Assembly: GCF_006345805.1 (NCBI RefSeq)
Contig: NW_021835962.1
Span: 124,001 to 188,000, forward strand
DNA length: 64,000 bases
Direction: 5' to 3'
DNA from: Octopus sinensis
Taxonomy: Eukaryota
Shown here: positions 45,857 to 58,795 of the stretch, piece by piece
How the letters are laid out: every line of letters starts with the position of its first letter
How positions within the stretch are numbered: the first letter of the stretch is position 1
Notes under the pieces: model-generated
Told to the model about the DNA's origin: nothing
The model's input: only the letters and a program-made list of their open reading frames with translations
Database searches by the model: none
Position numbers and translations under genes: made by a program

Positions 45857-48800
45857 GGCTTGAAGGTTGTGGAGGACCTCATCATGTGAGTCGAGGACTT
45901 TCTTGTCGTTCATTTTAACAAAAACGCAGAAAATATTTTTTTTAATTTTTGGGCTTGAAGGTTTTGGGGGACCACATCATGTGAGTCGAGGACTTTCTTG
46001 TTGTTCATTTAACAAAAACGCAGAAAATAATTTTTTTTAAATTTTTTGGCTTGAAGGTTTTGAGGGACCACATCATGTGAGTCGAGGACTTTCTTGTTGT
46101 TCATTTTAACAAAAACGCAGAAAATAATTTTTTTAATTTTTTGGCTTGAAGGTTTTGAGGGACCACATCATGTGAGTCGAGGACTTTCTTGTTGTTCATT
46201 TTAACAAAAACGCAGAAAATAATTTTTTTTAATTTTTTGGCTTGAAGGTTTTGGGGGACCACATCATGTGAGTCGAGGACTTTCTTGTTGTTTATTTTAA
46301 CAAAAACGCAGAAAATAATTTTTTTAATTTTTTGGCTTGAAAGTTTTGGAGGACCACATCATGTGAGTCGAGGACTTTCTTGTTGTTCATTTTAACAAAA
46401 ACGCAGAAAATAATTTTTTTAATTTTTTACTTGAAGGTTTTGGGGGACCACATCATGTGAGTCGAGGACTTTCTTGTTGTTCATTTTAACAAAAACGCAG
46501 AAAATAATTTTTTTAATTTTTTACCTTGAAGGTTTTGGGGGACCACATCATGTGAGTCGAGGACTTTCTTGCTGTTCATTTTAACAAAAACGCAGAAAAT
46601 AATTTTTTTAATTTTTTAGCTTGAAGGTTTTGGGGGACCACATCATGTGAGTCGAGGACTTTCTTGTTGTTCATTTTAACAAAAACGCAGAAAATAATTT
46701 TTTTTAATTTTTGGCTTGAAGGTTTTGGGGGACCACATCATGTGAGTCGAGGACTTTCTTGTTCGTCATTTAAACAAAAACGCAGAAATAATTTTTTTAA
46801 TTTTTTAGCTTGAAGGTTTTGGGGGACCACATCATGTGAGTCGAGGACTTTCTTGTTGTTCATTTTAACAAAAACGCAGAAAATAATTTTTTTTAATTTT
46901 TTGGCTTGAAGGTTTTGGGGGACCACATCATGTGAGTCGAGGACTTTCTTGTTGTTCATTTTAACAAAAACGCAGAAAATAATTTTTTTTAATTTTTTGG
47001 CTTGAAGGTTTTGGGGGACCACATCATGTGAGTCGAGGACTTTCTTGTTGTTCATTTTAACAAAAACGCAGAAAATATTTTTTTTAATTTTTTGGCTTGA
47101 AGGTTTTGGGGGACCACATCATGTGAGTCGAGGACTTTCTTGTTGTTCATTTTAACAAAAACGCAGAAAATAATTTTTTTTAATTTTTTGGCTTGAAGGT
47201 TTTGGGGGACCACATCATGTGAGTCGAGGACTTTCTTGTTGTTCATTTTAACAAAAACGCAGAAAATAATTTTTTTTAATTTTTTGGCTTGAAGGTTTTG
47301 GGGGACCACATCATGTGAGTCGAGGACTTTCTTGTTGTTCATTTTAACAAAAACGCAGAAAATAATTTTTTTTAATTTTTGGCTTGAAGGTTTTGGGGGA
47401 CCACATCATGTGAGTCGAGGACTTTCTTGTTGTTCATTTTAACAAAAACGCAGAAAATAATTTTTTTAATTTTTTAGCTTGAAGGTTTTGGGGGACCACA
47501 TCATGTGAGTCGAGGACTTTCTTGTTGTTCATTTTAACAAAAACGCAGAAAATAATTTTTTTAATTTTTTGGCTTGAAGGTTTTGGGGGACCACATCATG
47601 TGAGTCGAGGACTTTCTTGTTGTTCATTTTAACAAAAACGCAGAAAATAATTTTTTTAATTTTTTAGCTTGAAGGTTTTGGGGGACCACATCATGTGAGT
47701 CGAGGACTTTCTTGTTGTTCATTTTAACAAAAACGCAGAAAATAATTTTTTTTAATTTTTGGGCTTGAAGGTTTTGGGGGACCACATCATGTGAGTCGAG
47801 GACTTTCTTGTTGTTCATTTAACAAAAACGCAGAAAATAATTTTTTTAATTTTTTGGCTTGAAGGTTTTGGGGGACCACATCATGTGAGTCGAGGACTTT
47901 CTTGTTGTTCATTTTAACAAAAACGCAGAAAATAATTTTTTTTAATTTTTTGGCTTGAAGGTTTTGGGGACCACATCATGTGAGTCGAGGACTTTCTTGT
48001 TGTTCATTTTAACAAAAACGCAGAAAATAATTTTTTTTAATTTTTTGGCTTGAAGGTTTTGGGGGACCACATCATGTGAGTCGAGGACTTTCTTGTTGTT
48101 CATTTTAACAAAAACGCAGAAAATAATTTTTTTAATTTTTTGGCTTGAAGTTTTGGGGGACCACATCATGTGAGTCGAGGACTTTCTTGTTGTTCATTTT
48201 AACAAAAACGCAGAAAATAATTTTTTTAATTTTTTACCTTGAAGGTTTTGGGGGACCACATCATGTGAGTCGAGGACTTTCTTGTTGTTCATTTTAACAA
48301 AAACGCAGAAAATAATTTTTTTAATTTTTTACCTTGAAGGTTTTGGGGGACCACATCATGTGAGTCGAGGACTTTCTTGCTGTTCATTTTAACAAAAACG
48401 CAGAAAATAATTTTTTTAATTTTTTAGCTTGAAGGTTTTGGGGGACCACATCATGTGAGTCGAGGACTTTCTTGTTGTTCATTTTAAAAAAACGCAGAAA
48501 ATAATTTTTTTTAATTTTTTGGCTTGAAGGTTTTGGGGGACCACATCATGTGAGTCGAGGACTTTCTTGTTCGTCATTTAAACAAAAACGCAGAAAATAA
48601 TTTTTTTAATTTTTTAGCTTGAAGGTTTTGGGGGACCACATCATGTGAGTCGAGGACTTTCTTGTTGTTCATTTTAACAAAAACGCAGAAAATAATTTTT
48701 TTTAATTTTTTGGCTTGAAGGTTTTGGGGGACCACATCATGTGAGTCGAGGACTTTCTTGTTGTTCATTTTAACAAAAACGCAGAAAATAATTTTTTTTA

Positions 48801-51800
48801 ATTTTTTGGCTTGAAGGTTTTGGGGGACCACATCATGTGAGTCGAGGACTTTCTTGTTGTTCATTTTAACAAAAACGCAGAAAATAATTTTTTTAATTTT
48901 TTGGCTTGAAGGTTTTGGGGGACCACATCATGTGAGTCGAGGACTTTCTTGTTGTTCATTTTAACAAAAACGCAGAAAATAATTTTTTTAATTTTTTAGC
49001 TTGAAGGTTTTGGGGGACCACATCATGTGAGTCGAGGACTTTCTTGTTGTTCATTTTAACAAAAACGCAGAAAATAATTTTTTTTAATTTTTTGGCTTGA
49101 AGGTTTTGGGGGACCACATCATGTGAGTCGAGGACTTTCTTGTTGTTCATTTTAACAAAAACGCAGAAAATAATTTTTTTTAATTTTTTGGCTTGAAGGT
49201 TTTGGGGGACCACATCATGTGAGTCGAGGACTTTCTTGTTGTTCATTTTAACAAAAACGCAGAAAATAATTTTTTTAATTTTTTGGCTTGAAGGTTTTGG
49301 GGGACCACATCATGTGAGTCGAGGACTTTCTTGTTGTTCATTTTAACAAAAACGCAGAAAATAATTTTTTTTAATTTTTTGGCTTGAAGGTTTTGGGGGA
49401 CCACATCATGTGAGTCGAGGACTTTCTTGTTGTTCATTTTAACAAAAACGCAGAAAATTTTTTTTAATTTTTGGGCTTGAAGGTTTTGGGGGACCACATC
49501 ATGTGAGTCGAGGACTTTCTTGTTGTTCATTTAACAAAAACGCAGAAAAAATTTTTTTTAATTTTTTGGCTTGAAGGTTTTGGGGGACCACATCATGTGA
49601 GTCGAGGACTTTCTTGTTGTTCATTTTAACAAAAACGCAGAAAATAATTTTTTTTAATTTTTTGGCTTGAAGGTTTTGGGGGACCACATCATGTGAGTCG
49701 AGGACTTTCTTGTTGTTCATTTTAACAAAAACGCAGAAAATAATTTTTTTTAATTTTTTGGCTTGAAGGTTTTGGGGGACCACATCATGTGAGTCGAGGA
49801 CTTTCTTGTTGTTCATTTTAACAAAAACGCAGAAAATAATTTTTTTAATTTTTTGGCTTGAAGGTTTTGGGGGACCACATCATGTGAGTCGAGGACTTTC
49901 TTGTTGTTCATTTTAACAAAAACGCAGAAAATAATTTTTTTAATTTTTTAGCTTGAAGGTTTTGGGGGACCACATCATGTGAGTCGAGGACTTTCTTGTT
50001 GTTCATTTTAACAAAAACGCAGAAAATAATTTTTTTAATTTTTTAGCTTGAAGGTTTTGGGGGACCACATCATGTGAGTCGAGGACTTTCTTGTTGTTCA
50101 TTTTAACAAAAACGCAGAAAATAATTTTTTTAATTTTTTGGCTTGAAGGTTTTGGGGGACCACATCATGTGAGTCGAGGACTTTCTTGTTGTTCATTTTA
50201 ACAAAAACGCAGAAAATAATTTTTTTTAATTTTTTGGCTTGAAGGTTTTGGGGGACCACATCATGTGAGTCGAGGACTTTCTTGTTGTTCATTTTAACAA
50301 AAACGCAGAAAATAATTTTTTTAATTTTTTAGCTTGAAGGTTTTGGGGGACCACATCATGTGAGTCGAGGACTTTCTTGTTGTTCATTTTAACAAAAACG
50401 CAGAAAATAATTTTTTTAATTTTTTGGCTTGAAGGTTTTGGGGGACCACATCATGTGAGTCGAGGACTTTCTTGTTGTTCATTTTAACAAAACGCAGAAA
50501 ATAATTTTTTTTAATTTTTTGGCTTGAAGGTTTTGGGGGACCACATCATGTGAGTCGAGGACTTTCTTGTTGTTCATTTTAACAAAAACGCAGAAAATAA
50601 TTTTTTTTAATTTTTGGCTTGAAGGTTTTGGGGGACCACATCATGTGAGTCGAGGACTTTCTTGTTGTTCATTTTAACAAAAACGCAGAAAATAATTTTT
50701 TTTAATTTTTTGGCTTGAAGGTTTTGGGGGACCACATCATGTGAGTCGAGGACTTTCTTGTTGTTCATTTTAACAAAAACGCAGAAAATAATTTTTTTTA
50801 ATTTTTTGGCTTGAAGGTTTTGGGGGACCACATCATGTGAGTCGAGGACTTTCTTGTTGTTCATTTTAACAAAAACGCAGAAAATAATTTTTTTTAATTT
50901 TTTGGCTTGAAGGTTTTGGGGGACCACATCATGTGAGTCGAGGACTTTCTTGTTGTTCATTTTAACAAAAACGCAGAAAATAATTTTTTTAATTTTTTAG
51001 CTTGAAGGTTTTGGGGGACCACATCATGTGAGTCGAGGACTTTCTTGTTGTTCATTTTAACAAAAACGCAGAAAATAATTTTTTTTAATTTTTTGGCTTG
51101 AAGGTTTTGGGGGACCACATCATGTGAGTCGAGGACTTTCTTGTTGTTCATTTTAACAAAAACGCAGAAAATAATTTTTTTAATTTTTTAGGCTTGAAGG
51201 TTTTGGGGGACCACATCATGTGAGTCGAGGACTTTCTTGTTGTTCATTTTAACAAAAACGCAGAAAATAATTTTTTTAATTTTTTGGCTTGAAGGTTTTT
51301 GGGGACCACATCATGTGAGTCGAGGACTTTCTTGTTGTTCATTTAACAAAAACGCAGAAAATAATTTTTTTTAATTTTTTGGCTTGAAGGTTTTGGGGGA
51401 CCACATCATGTGAGTCGAGGACTTTCTTGTTGTTCATTTTAACAAAAACGCAGAAAATAATTTTTTTAATTTTTTGGCTTGAAGGTTTTGGGGGACCACA
51501 TCATGTGAGTCGAGGACTTTCTTGTTGTTCATTTTAACAAAAACGCAGAAAATAATTTTTTTTAATTTTTTGGCTTGAAGGTTTTGGGGGACCACATCAT
51601 GTGAGTCGAGGACTTTCTTGTTGTTCATTTTAACAAAAACGCAGAAAATAATTTTTTTAATTTTTTGGCTTGAAGGTTTTGGGGGACCACATCATGTGAG
51701 TCGAGGACTTTCTTGTTGTTCATTTTAACAAAAACGCAGAAAATAATTTTTTTTAATTTTTTGGCTTGAAGGTTTTGGGGGACCACATCATGTGAGTCGA

Positions 51801-54800
51801 GGACTTTCTTGTTGTTCATTTTAACAAAAACGCAGAAAATAATTTTTTTAATTTTTTGGCTTGAAGGTTTTGGGGGACCACATCATGTGAGTCGAGGACT
51901 TTCTTGTTGTTCATTTTAACAAAAACGCAGAAAATAATTTTTTTAATTTTTTGCTTGAAGGTTTTGGGGGACCACATCATGTGAGTCGAGGACTTTCTTG
52001 TTGTTCATTTTAACAAAAACGCAGAAAATAATTTTTTTTAATTTTTTGGCTTGAAGGTTTTGGGGGACCACATCATGTGAGTCGAGGACTTTCTTGTTGT
52101 TCATTTTAACAAAAACGCAGAAAATAATTTTTTTAATTTTTTGCTTGAAGGTTTTGGGGGACCACATCATGTGAGTCGAGGACTTTCTTGTTGTTCATTT
52201 TAACAAAAACGCAGAAAATAATTTTTTTAATTTTTTGGCTTGAAGGTTTTGGGGGACCACATCATGTGAGTCGAGGACTTTCTTGTTGTTCATTTTAACA
52301 AAAACGCAGAAAATAATTTTTTTAATTTTTTGGCTTGAAGGTTTTGGGGGACCACATCATGTGAGTCGAGGACTTTCTTGTTGTTCATTTTAACAAAAAC
52401 GCAGAAAATAATTTTTTTTAATTTTTTGGCTTGAAGGTTTTGGGGGACCACATCATGTGAGTCGAGGACTTTCTTGTTGTTCATTTTAACAAAAACGCAG
52501 AAAATAATTTTTTTAATTTTTTGGCTTGAAGGTTTTGGGGGACCACATCATGTGAGTCGAGGACTTTCTTGTTGTTCATTTTAACAAAAACGCAGAAAAT
52601 AATTTTTTTTAATTTTTTGGCTTGAAGGTTTTGGGGACCACATCATGTGAGTCGAGGACTTTCTTGTTGTTCATTTTAACAAAAACGCAGAAAATAATTT
52701 TTTTTAATTTTTTGGCTTGAAGGTTTTGGGGACCACATCATGTGAGTCGAGGACTTTCTTGTTGTTCATTTTAACAAAAACGCAGAAAATAATTTTTTTA
52801 ATTTTTTGGCTTGAAGGTTTTGGGGGACCACATCATGTGAGTCGAGGACTTTCTTGTTGTTCATTTTAACAAAAACGCAGAAAATAATTTTTTTAATTTT
52901 TTGGCTTGAAGGTTTTGGGGGACCACATCATGTGAGTCGAGGACTTTCTTGTTGTTCATTTTAACAAAAACGCAGAAAATATTTTTTTTAATTTTTTGCT
53001 TGAAGGTTTTGGGGGACCACATCATGTGAGTCGAGGACTTTCTTGTTGTTCATTTTAACAAAAACGCAGAAAATAATTTTTTTTAATTTTTTGGCTTGAA
53101 GGTTTTGGGGGACCACATCATGTGAGTCGAGGACTTTCTTGTTGTTCATTTTAACAAAAACGCAGAAAATAATTTTTTTTAATTTTTTGGCTTGAAGGTT
53201 TTGGGGGACCACATCATGTGAGTCGAGGACTTTCTTGTTGTTCATTTTAACAAAAACGCAGAAAATAATTTTTTTTAATTTTTTGGCTTGAAGGTTTTGG
53301 GGGACCACATCATGTGAGTCGAGGACTTTCTTGTTGTTCATTTTAACAAAAACGCAGAAAATAATTTTTTTAATTTTTTGGCTTGAAGGTTTTGGGGGAC
53401 CACATCATGTGAGTCGAGGACTTTCTTGTTGTTCATTTTAACAAAAACGCAGAAAATAATTTTTTTAATTTTTTGGCTTGAAGGTTTTGGGGGACCACAT
53501 CATGTGAGTCGAGGACTTTCTTGTTGTTCATTTTAACAAAAACGCAGAAAATAATTTTTTTAATTTTTTGGCTTGAAGGTTTTGGGGGACCACATCATGT
53601 GAGTCGAGGACTTTCTTGTTGTTCATTTTAACAAAAACGCAGAAAATAATTTTTTTAATTTTTTGCTTGAAGGTTTTGGGGGACCACATCATGTGAGTCG
53701 AGGACTTTCTTGTTGTTCATTTTAACAAAAACGCAGAAAATAATTTTTTTTAATTTTTTGGCTTGAAGGTTTTGGGGACCACATCATGTGAGTCGAGGAC
53801 TTTCTTGTTGTTCATTTTAACAAAAACGCAGAAAATAATTTTTTTTAATTTTTTGGCTTGAAGGTTTTGGGGGACCACATCATGTGAGTCGAGGACTTTC
53901 TTGTTGTTCATTTTAACAAAAACGCAGAAAATAATTTTTTTAATTTTTTGGCTTGAAGGTTTTGGGGGACCACATCATGTGAGTCGAGGACTTTCTTGTT
54001 GTTCATTTTAACAAAAACGCAGAAAATAATTTTTTTTAATTTTTTAGCTTGAAGGTTTTGGGGGACCACATCATGTGAGTCGAGGACTTTCTTGTTGTTC
54101 ATTTTAACAAAAACGCAGAAAATAATTTTTTTTAATTTTTTAGCTTGAAGGTTTTGGGGGACCACATCATGTGAGTCGAGGACTTTCTTGTTGTTCATTT
54201 TAACAAAAACGCAGAAAATAATTTTTTTTAATTTTTTGGCTTGAAGGTTTTGGGGGACCACATCATGTGAGTCGAGGACTTTCTTGTTGTTCATTTTAAC
54301 AAAAACGCAGAAAATAATTTTTTTAATTTTTTGGCTTGAAGGTTTTGGGGGACCACATCATGTGAGTCGAGGACTTTCTTGTTGTTCATTTTAACAAAAA
54401 CGCAGAAAATAATTTTTTTAATTTTTTGGCTTGAAGGTTTTGGGGGACCACATCATGTGAGTCGAGGACTTTCTTGTTGTTCATTTTAACAAAAACGCAG
54501 AAAATAATTTTTTTAATTTTTTGGCTTGAAGGTTTTGGGGGACCACATCATGTGAGTCGAGGACTTTCTTGTTGTTCATTTTAACAAAAACGCAGAAAAT
54601 AATTTTTTTTAATTTTTTGGCTTGAAGGTTTTGGGGGACCACATCATGTGAGTCGAGGACTTTCTTGTTGTTCATTTTAACAAAAACGCAGAAAATAATT
54701 TTTTTAATTTTTTGCTTGAAGGTTTTGGGGGACCACATCATGTGAGTCGAGGACTTTCTTGTTGTTCATTTTAACAAAAACGCAGAAAATAATTTTTTTA

Positions 54801-57800
54801 ATTTTTTGGCTTGAAGGTTTTGGGGGACCACATCATGTGAGTCGAGGACTTTCTTGTTGTTCATTTTAACAAAAACGCAGAAAATAATTTTTTTTAATTT
54901 TTGGCTTGAAGGTTTTGGGGGACCACATCATGTGAGTCGAGGACTTTCTTGTTGTTTATTTTAACAAAAACGCAGAAAATAATTTTTTTAATTTTTTGGC
55001 TTGAAGGTTTTGGGGGACCACATCATGTGAGTCGAGGACTTTCTTGTTGTTCATTTTAACAAAAACGCAGAAAATAATTTTTTTAATTTTTTGGCTTGAA
55101 GGTTTTGGGGGACCACATCATGTGAGTCGAGGACTTTCTTGTTGTTCATTTTAACAAAAACGCAGAAAATAATTTTTTTAATTTTTTAGCTTGAAGGTTT
55201 TGGGGGACCACATCATGTGAGTCGAGGACTTTCTTGTTGTTCATTTTAACAAAAACGCAGAAATAATTTTTTTTTAATTTTTTGGCTTGAAGGTTTTGGG
55301 GACCACATCATGTGAGTCGAGGACTTTCTTGTTGTTCATTTTAACAAAAACGCAGAAAATAATTTTTTTAATTTTTGCTTGAAGGTTTTGGGGGACCACA
55401 TCATGTGAGTCGAGGACTTTCTTGTTGTTCATTTTAACAAAAACGCAGAAAATAATTTTTTTTAATTTTTTGCTTGAAGGTTTTGGGGGACCACATCATG
55501 TGAGTCGAGGACTTTCTTGTTGTTCATTTTAACAAAAACGCAGAAAATAATTTTTTTAATTTTTTGGCTTGAAGGTTTTGGGGGACCACATCATGTGAGT
55601 CGAGGACTTTCTTGTTGTTCATTTTAACAAAAACGCAGAAAATAATTTTTTTAATTTTTTGGCTTGAAGGTTTTGGGGGACCACATCATGTGAGTCGAGG
55701 ACTTTCTTGTTGTTCATTTTAACAAAAACGCAGAAAATAATTTTTTTAATTTTTTGGCTTGAAGGTTTTGGGGGACCACATCATGTGAGTCGAGGACTTT
55801 CTTGTTGTTCATTTTAACAAAAACGCAGAAAATAATTTTTTTAATTTTTTTTGAAGGTTTTGGGGGACCACATCATGTGAGTCGAGGACTTTCTTGTTGT
55901 TCATTTTAACAAAAACGCAGAAAATAATTTTTTTAATTTTTTACTTGAAGGTTTTGGGGGACCACATCATGTGAGTCGAGGACTTTCTTGTTGTTCATTT
56001 TAACAAAAACGCAGAAAATAATTTTTTTAATTTTTTAGCTTGAAGGTTTTGGGGGACCACATCATGTGAGTCGAGGACTTTCTTGTTGTTCATTTTAACA
56101 AAACGCAGAAAATAATTTTTTTAATTTTTTAGCTTGAAGGTTTTGGGGGACCACATCATGTGAGTCGAGGACTTTCTTGTTGTTCATTTTAACAAAACGC
56201 AGAAAATAATTTTTTTTAATTTTTTAGCTTGAAGGTTTTGGGGGACCACATCATGTGAGTCGAGGACTTTCTTGTTGTTCATTTTAACAAAAACGCAGAA
56301 AATAATTTTTTTTAATTTTTTGGCTTGAAGGTTTTGGGGGACCACATCATGTGAGTCGAGGACTTTCTTGTTGTTCATTTTAACAAAAACGCAGAAAATA
56401 ATTTTTTTAATTTTTTGGCTTGAAGGTTTTGGGGGACCACATCATGTGAGTCGAGGACTTTCTTGTTGTTCATTTTAACAAAAACGCAGAAAATAATTTT
56501 TTTAATTTTTTGGCTTGAAGGTTTTGGGGGACCACATCATGTGAGTCGAGGACTTTCTTGTTGTTCATTTTAACAAAAACGCAGAAAATAATTTTTTTAA
56601 TTTTTTGGCTTGAAGGTTTTGGGGGACCACATCATGTGAGTCGAGGACTTTCTTGTTGTTCATTTTAACAAAAACGCAGAAAATAATTTTTTTTAATTTT
56701 TTGGCTTGAAGGTTTTGGGGGACCACATCATGTGAGTCGAGGACTTTCTTGTTGTTCATTTTAACAAAAACGCAGAAAATAATTTTTTTAATTTTTTGGC
56801 TTGAAGGTTTTGGGGGACCACATCATGTGAGTCGAGGACTTTCTTGTTGTTCATTTTAACAAAAACGCAGAAAATAATTTTTTTTAATTTTTTGGCTTGA
56901 AGGTTTTGGGGGACCACATCATGTGAGTCGAGGACTTTCTTGTTGTTCATTTTAACAAAAACGCAGAAAATAATTTTTTTAATTTTTTGGCTTGAAGGTT
57001 TTGGGGGACCACATCATGTGAGTCGAGGACTTTCTTGTTGTTCATTTTAACAAAAACGCAGAAAATAATTTTTTTTAATTTTTAGCTTGAAGGTTTTTGG
57101 GGGACCACATCATGTGAGTCGAGGACTTTCTTGTTGTTCATTTTAACAAAAACGCAGAAAATAATTTTTTTTTAATTTTTTGGCTTGAAGGTTTGGGGGA
57201 CCACATCATGTGAGTCGAGGACTTTCTTGTTGTTCATTTTAACAAAAACGCAGAAAATAATTTTTTTTAATTTTTTGGCTTGAAGGTTTTGGGGGACCAC
57301 ATCATGTGAGTCGAGGACTTTCTTGTTGTTCATTTTAACAAAAACGCAGAAAATAATTTTTTTTAATTTTTTGGCTTGAAGGTTTTGGGGGACCACATCA
57401 TGTGAGTCGAGGACTTTCTTGTTGTTCATTTTAACAAAAACGCAGAAAATAATTTTTTTAATTTTTTGGCTTGAAGGTTTTGGGGGACCACATCATGTGA
57501 GTCGAGGACTTTCTTGTTGTTCATTTTAACAAAAACGCAGAAAATAATTTTTTTTAATTTTTTGGCTTGAAGGTTTTGGGGGACCACATCATGTGAGTCG
57601 AGGACTTTCTTGTTGTTCATTTTAACAAAAACGCAGAAATAATTTTTTTAATTTTTTGGCTTGAAGGTTTTGGGGGACCACATCATGTGAGTCGAGGACT
57701 TTCTTGTTGTTCATTTTAACAAAAACGCAGAAAATAATTTTTTTTAATTTTTTGCTTGAAGGTTTTGGGGGACCACATCATGTGAGTCGAGGACTTTCTT

Positions 57801-58795
57801 GTTGTTTATTTTTAACAAAAACGCAGAAAATAATTTTTTAATTTTTTGGCTTGAAGGTTTTGGGGACCACATCATGTGAGTCGAGGACTTTCTTGTTGTT
57901 CATTTTAACAAAAACGCAGAAAATATTTTTTAATTTTTAGCTTGAAGGTTTTGGGGGACCACATCATGTGAGTCGAGGACTTTCTTGTTGTTCATTTTAA
58001 CAAAAACGCAGAAAATAATTTTTTTTAATTTTTTTAGCTTGAAGGTTTTGGGGGACCACATCATGTGAGTCGAGGACTTTCTTGTTGTTCATTTTAACAA
58101 AAACGCAGAAAATAATTTTTTTTAATTTTTTACCTTGAAGGTTTTGGGGGACCACATCATGTGAGTCGAGGACTTTCTTGTTGTTCATTTTAACAAAAAC
58201 GCAGAAAATAATTTTTTAATTTTTTAGCTTGAAGGTTTTGGGGGACCACATCATGTGAGTCGAGGACTTTCGTTGTTTATTTTAACAACAAAACGCAGAA
58301 AATAATTTTTTTTAATTTTTTTAGCTTGAAGGTTTGGGGGACCACATCATGTGAGTCGAGGACTTTCTTGTTGTTCATTTTAAAAAAACGCAGAAAATAA
58401 TTTTTTTAATTTTTTAGCTTGAAGGTTTTGGGGGGACCACATCATGTGAGTCGAGGACTTTCTTGTTGTTCATTAACAAAAACGCAGAAAATAATTTTTT
58501 TAATTTTTTGGCTTGAAGGTTTTGGGGGACCACATCATGTGAGTCGAGGACTTTCTTGTTGTTTCATTTTAACAAAACGCAGAAAAAATTTTTTTAATTT
58601 TTTAGCTTGAAGGTTTTGGGGGACCACATCATGTGAGTCGAGGACTTTCTTGTTGTTTATTTTACAAAACGCAGAAAATAATTTTTTTAATTTTTTAGCT
58701 TGAAGGTTTTGGGGGACCACATCATGTGAGTCGAGGACTTTCTTGTTGTTCATTTTAACAAAAACGCAGAAAAATAATTTTTTTAATTTTTTAGC
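45857..58795. repeat. 95-96 bp tandem satellite, about 135 monomers
   Basis: Consensus GCTTGAAGGTTTTGGGGGACCACATCATGTGAGTCGAGGACTTTCTTGTTGTTCATTTTAACAAAAACGCAGAAAATAATTTTTTTAATTTTTTG. Variation is mostly in homopolymer length, and monomers are more diverged at the array edges. Confidence 0.99.
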
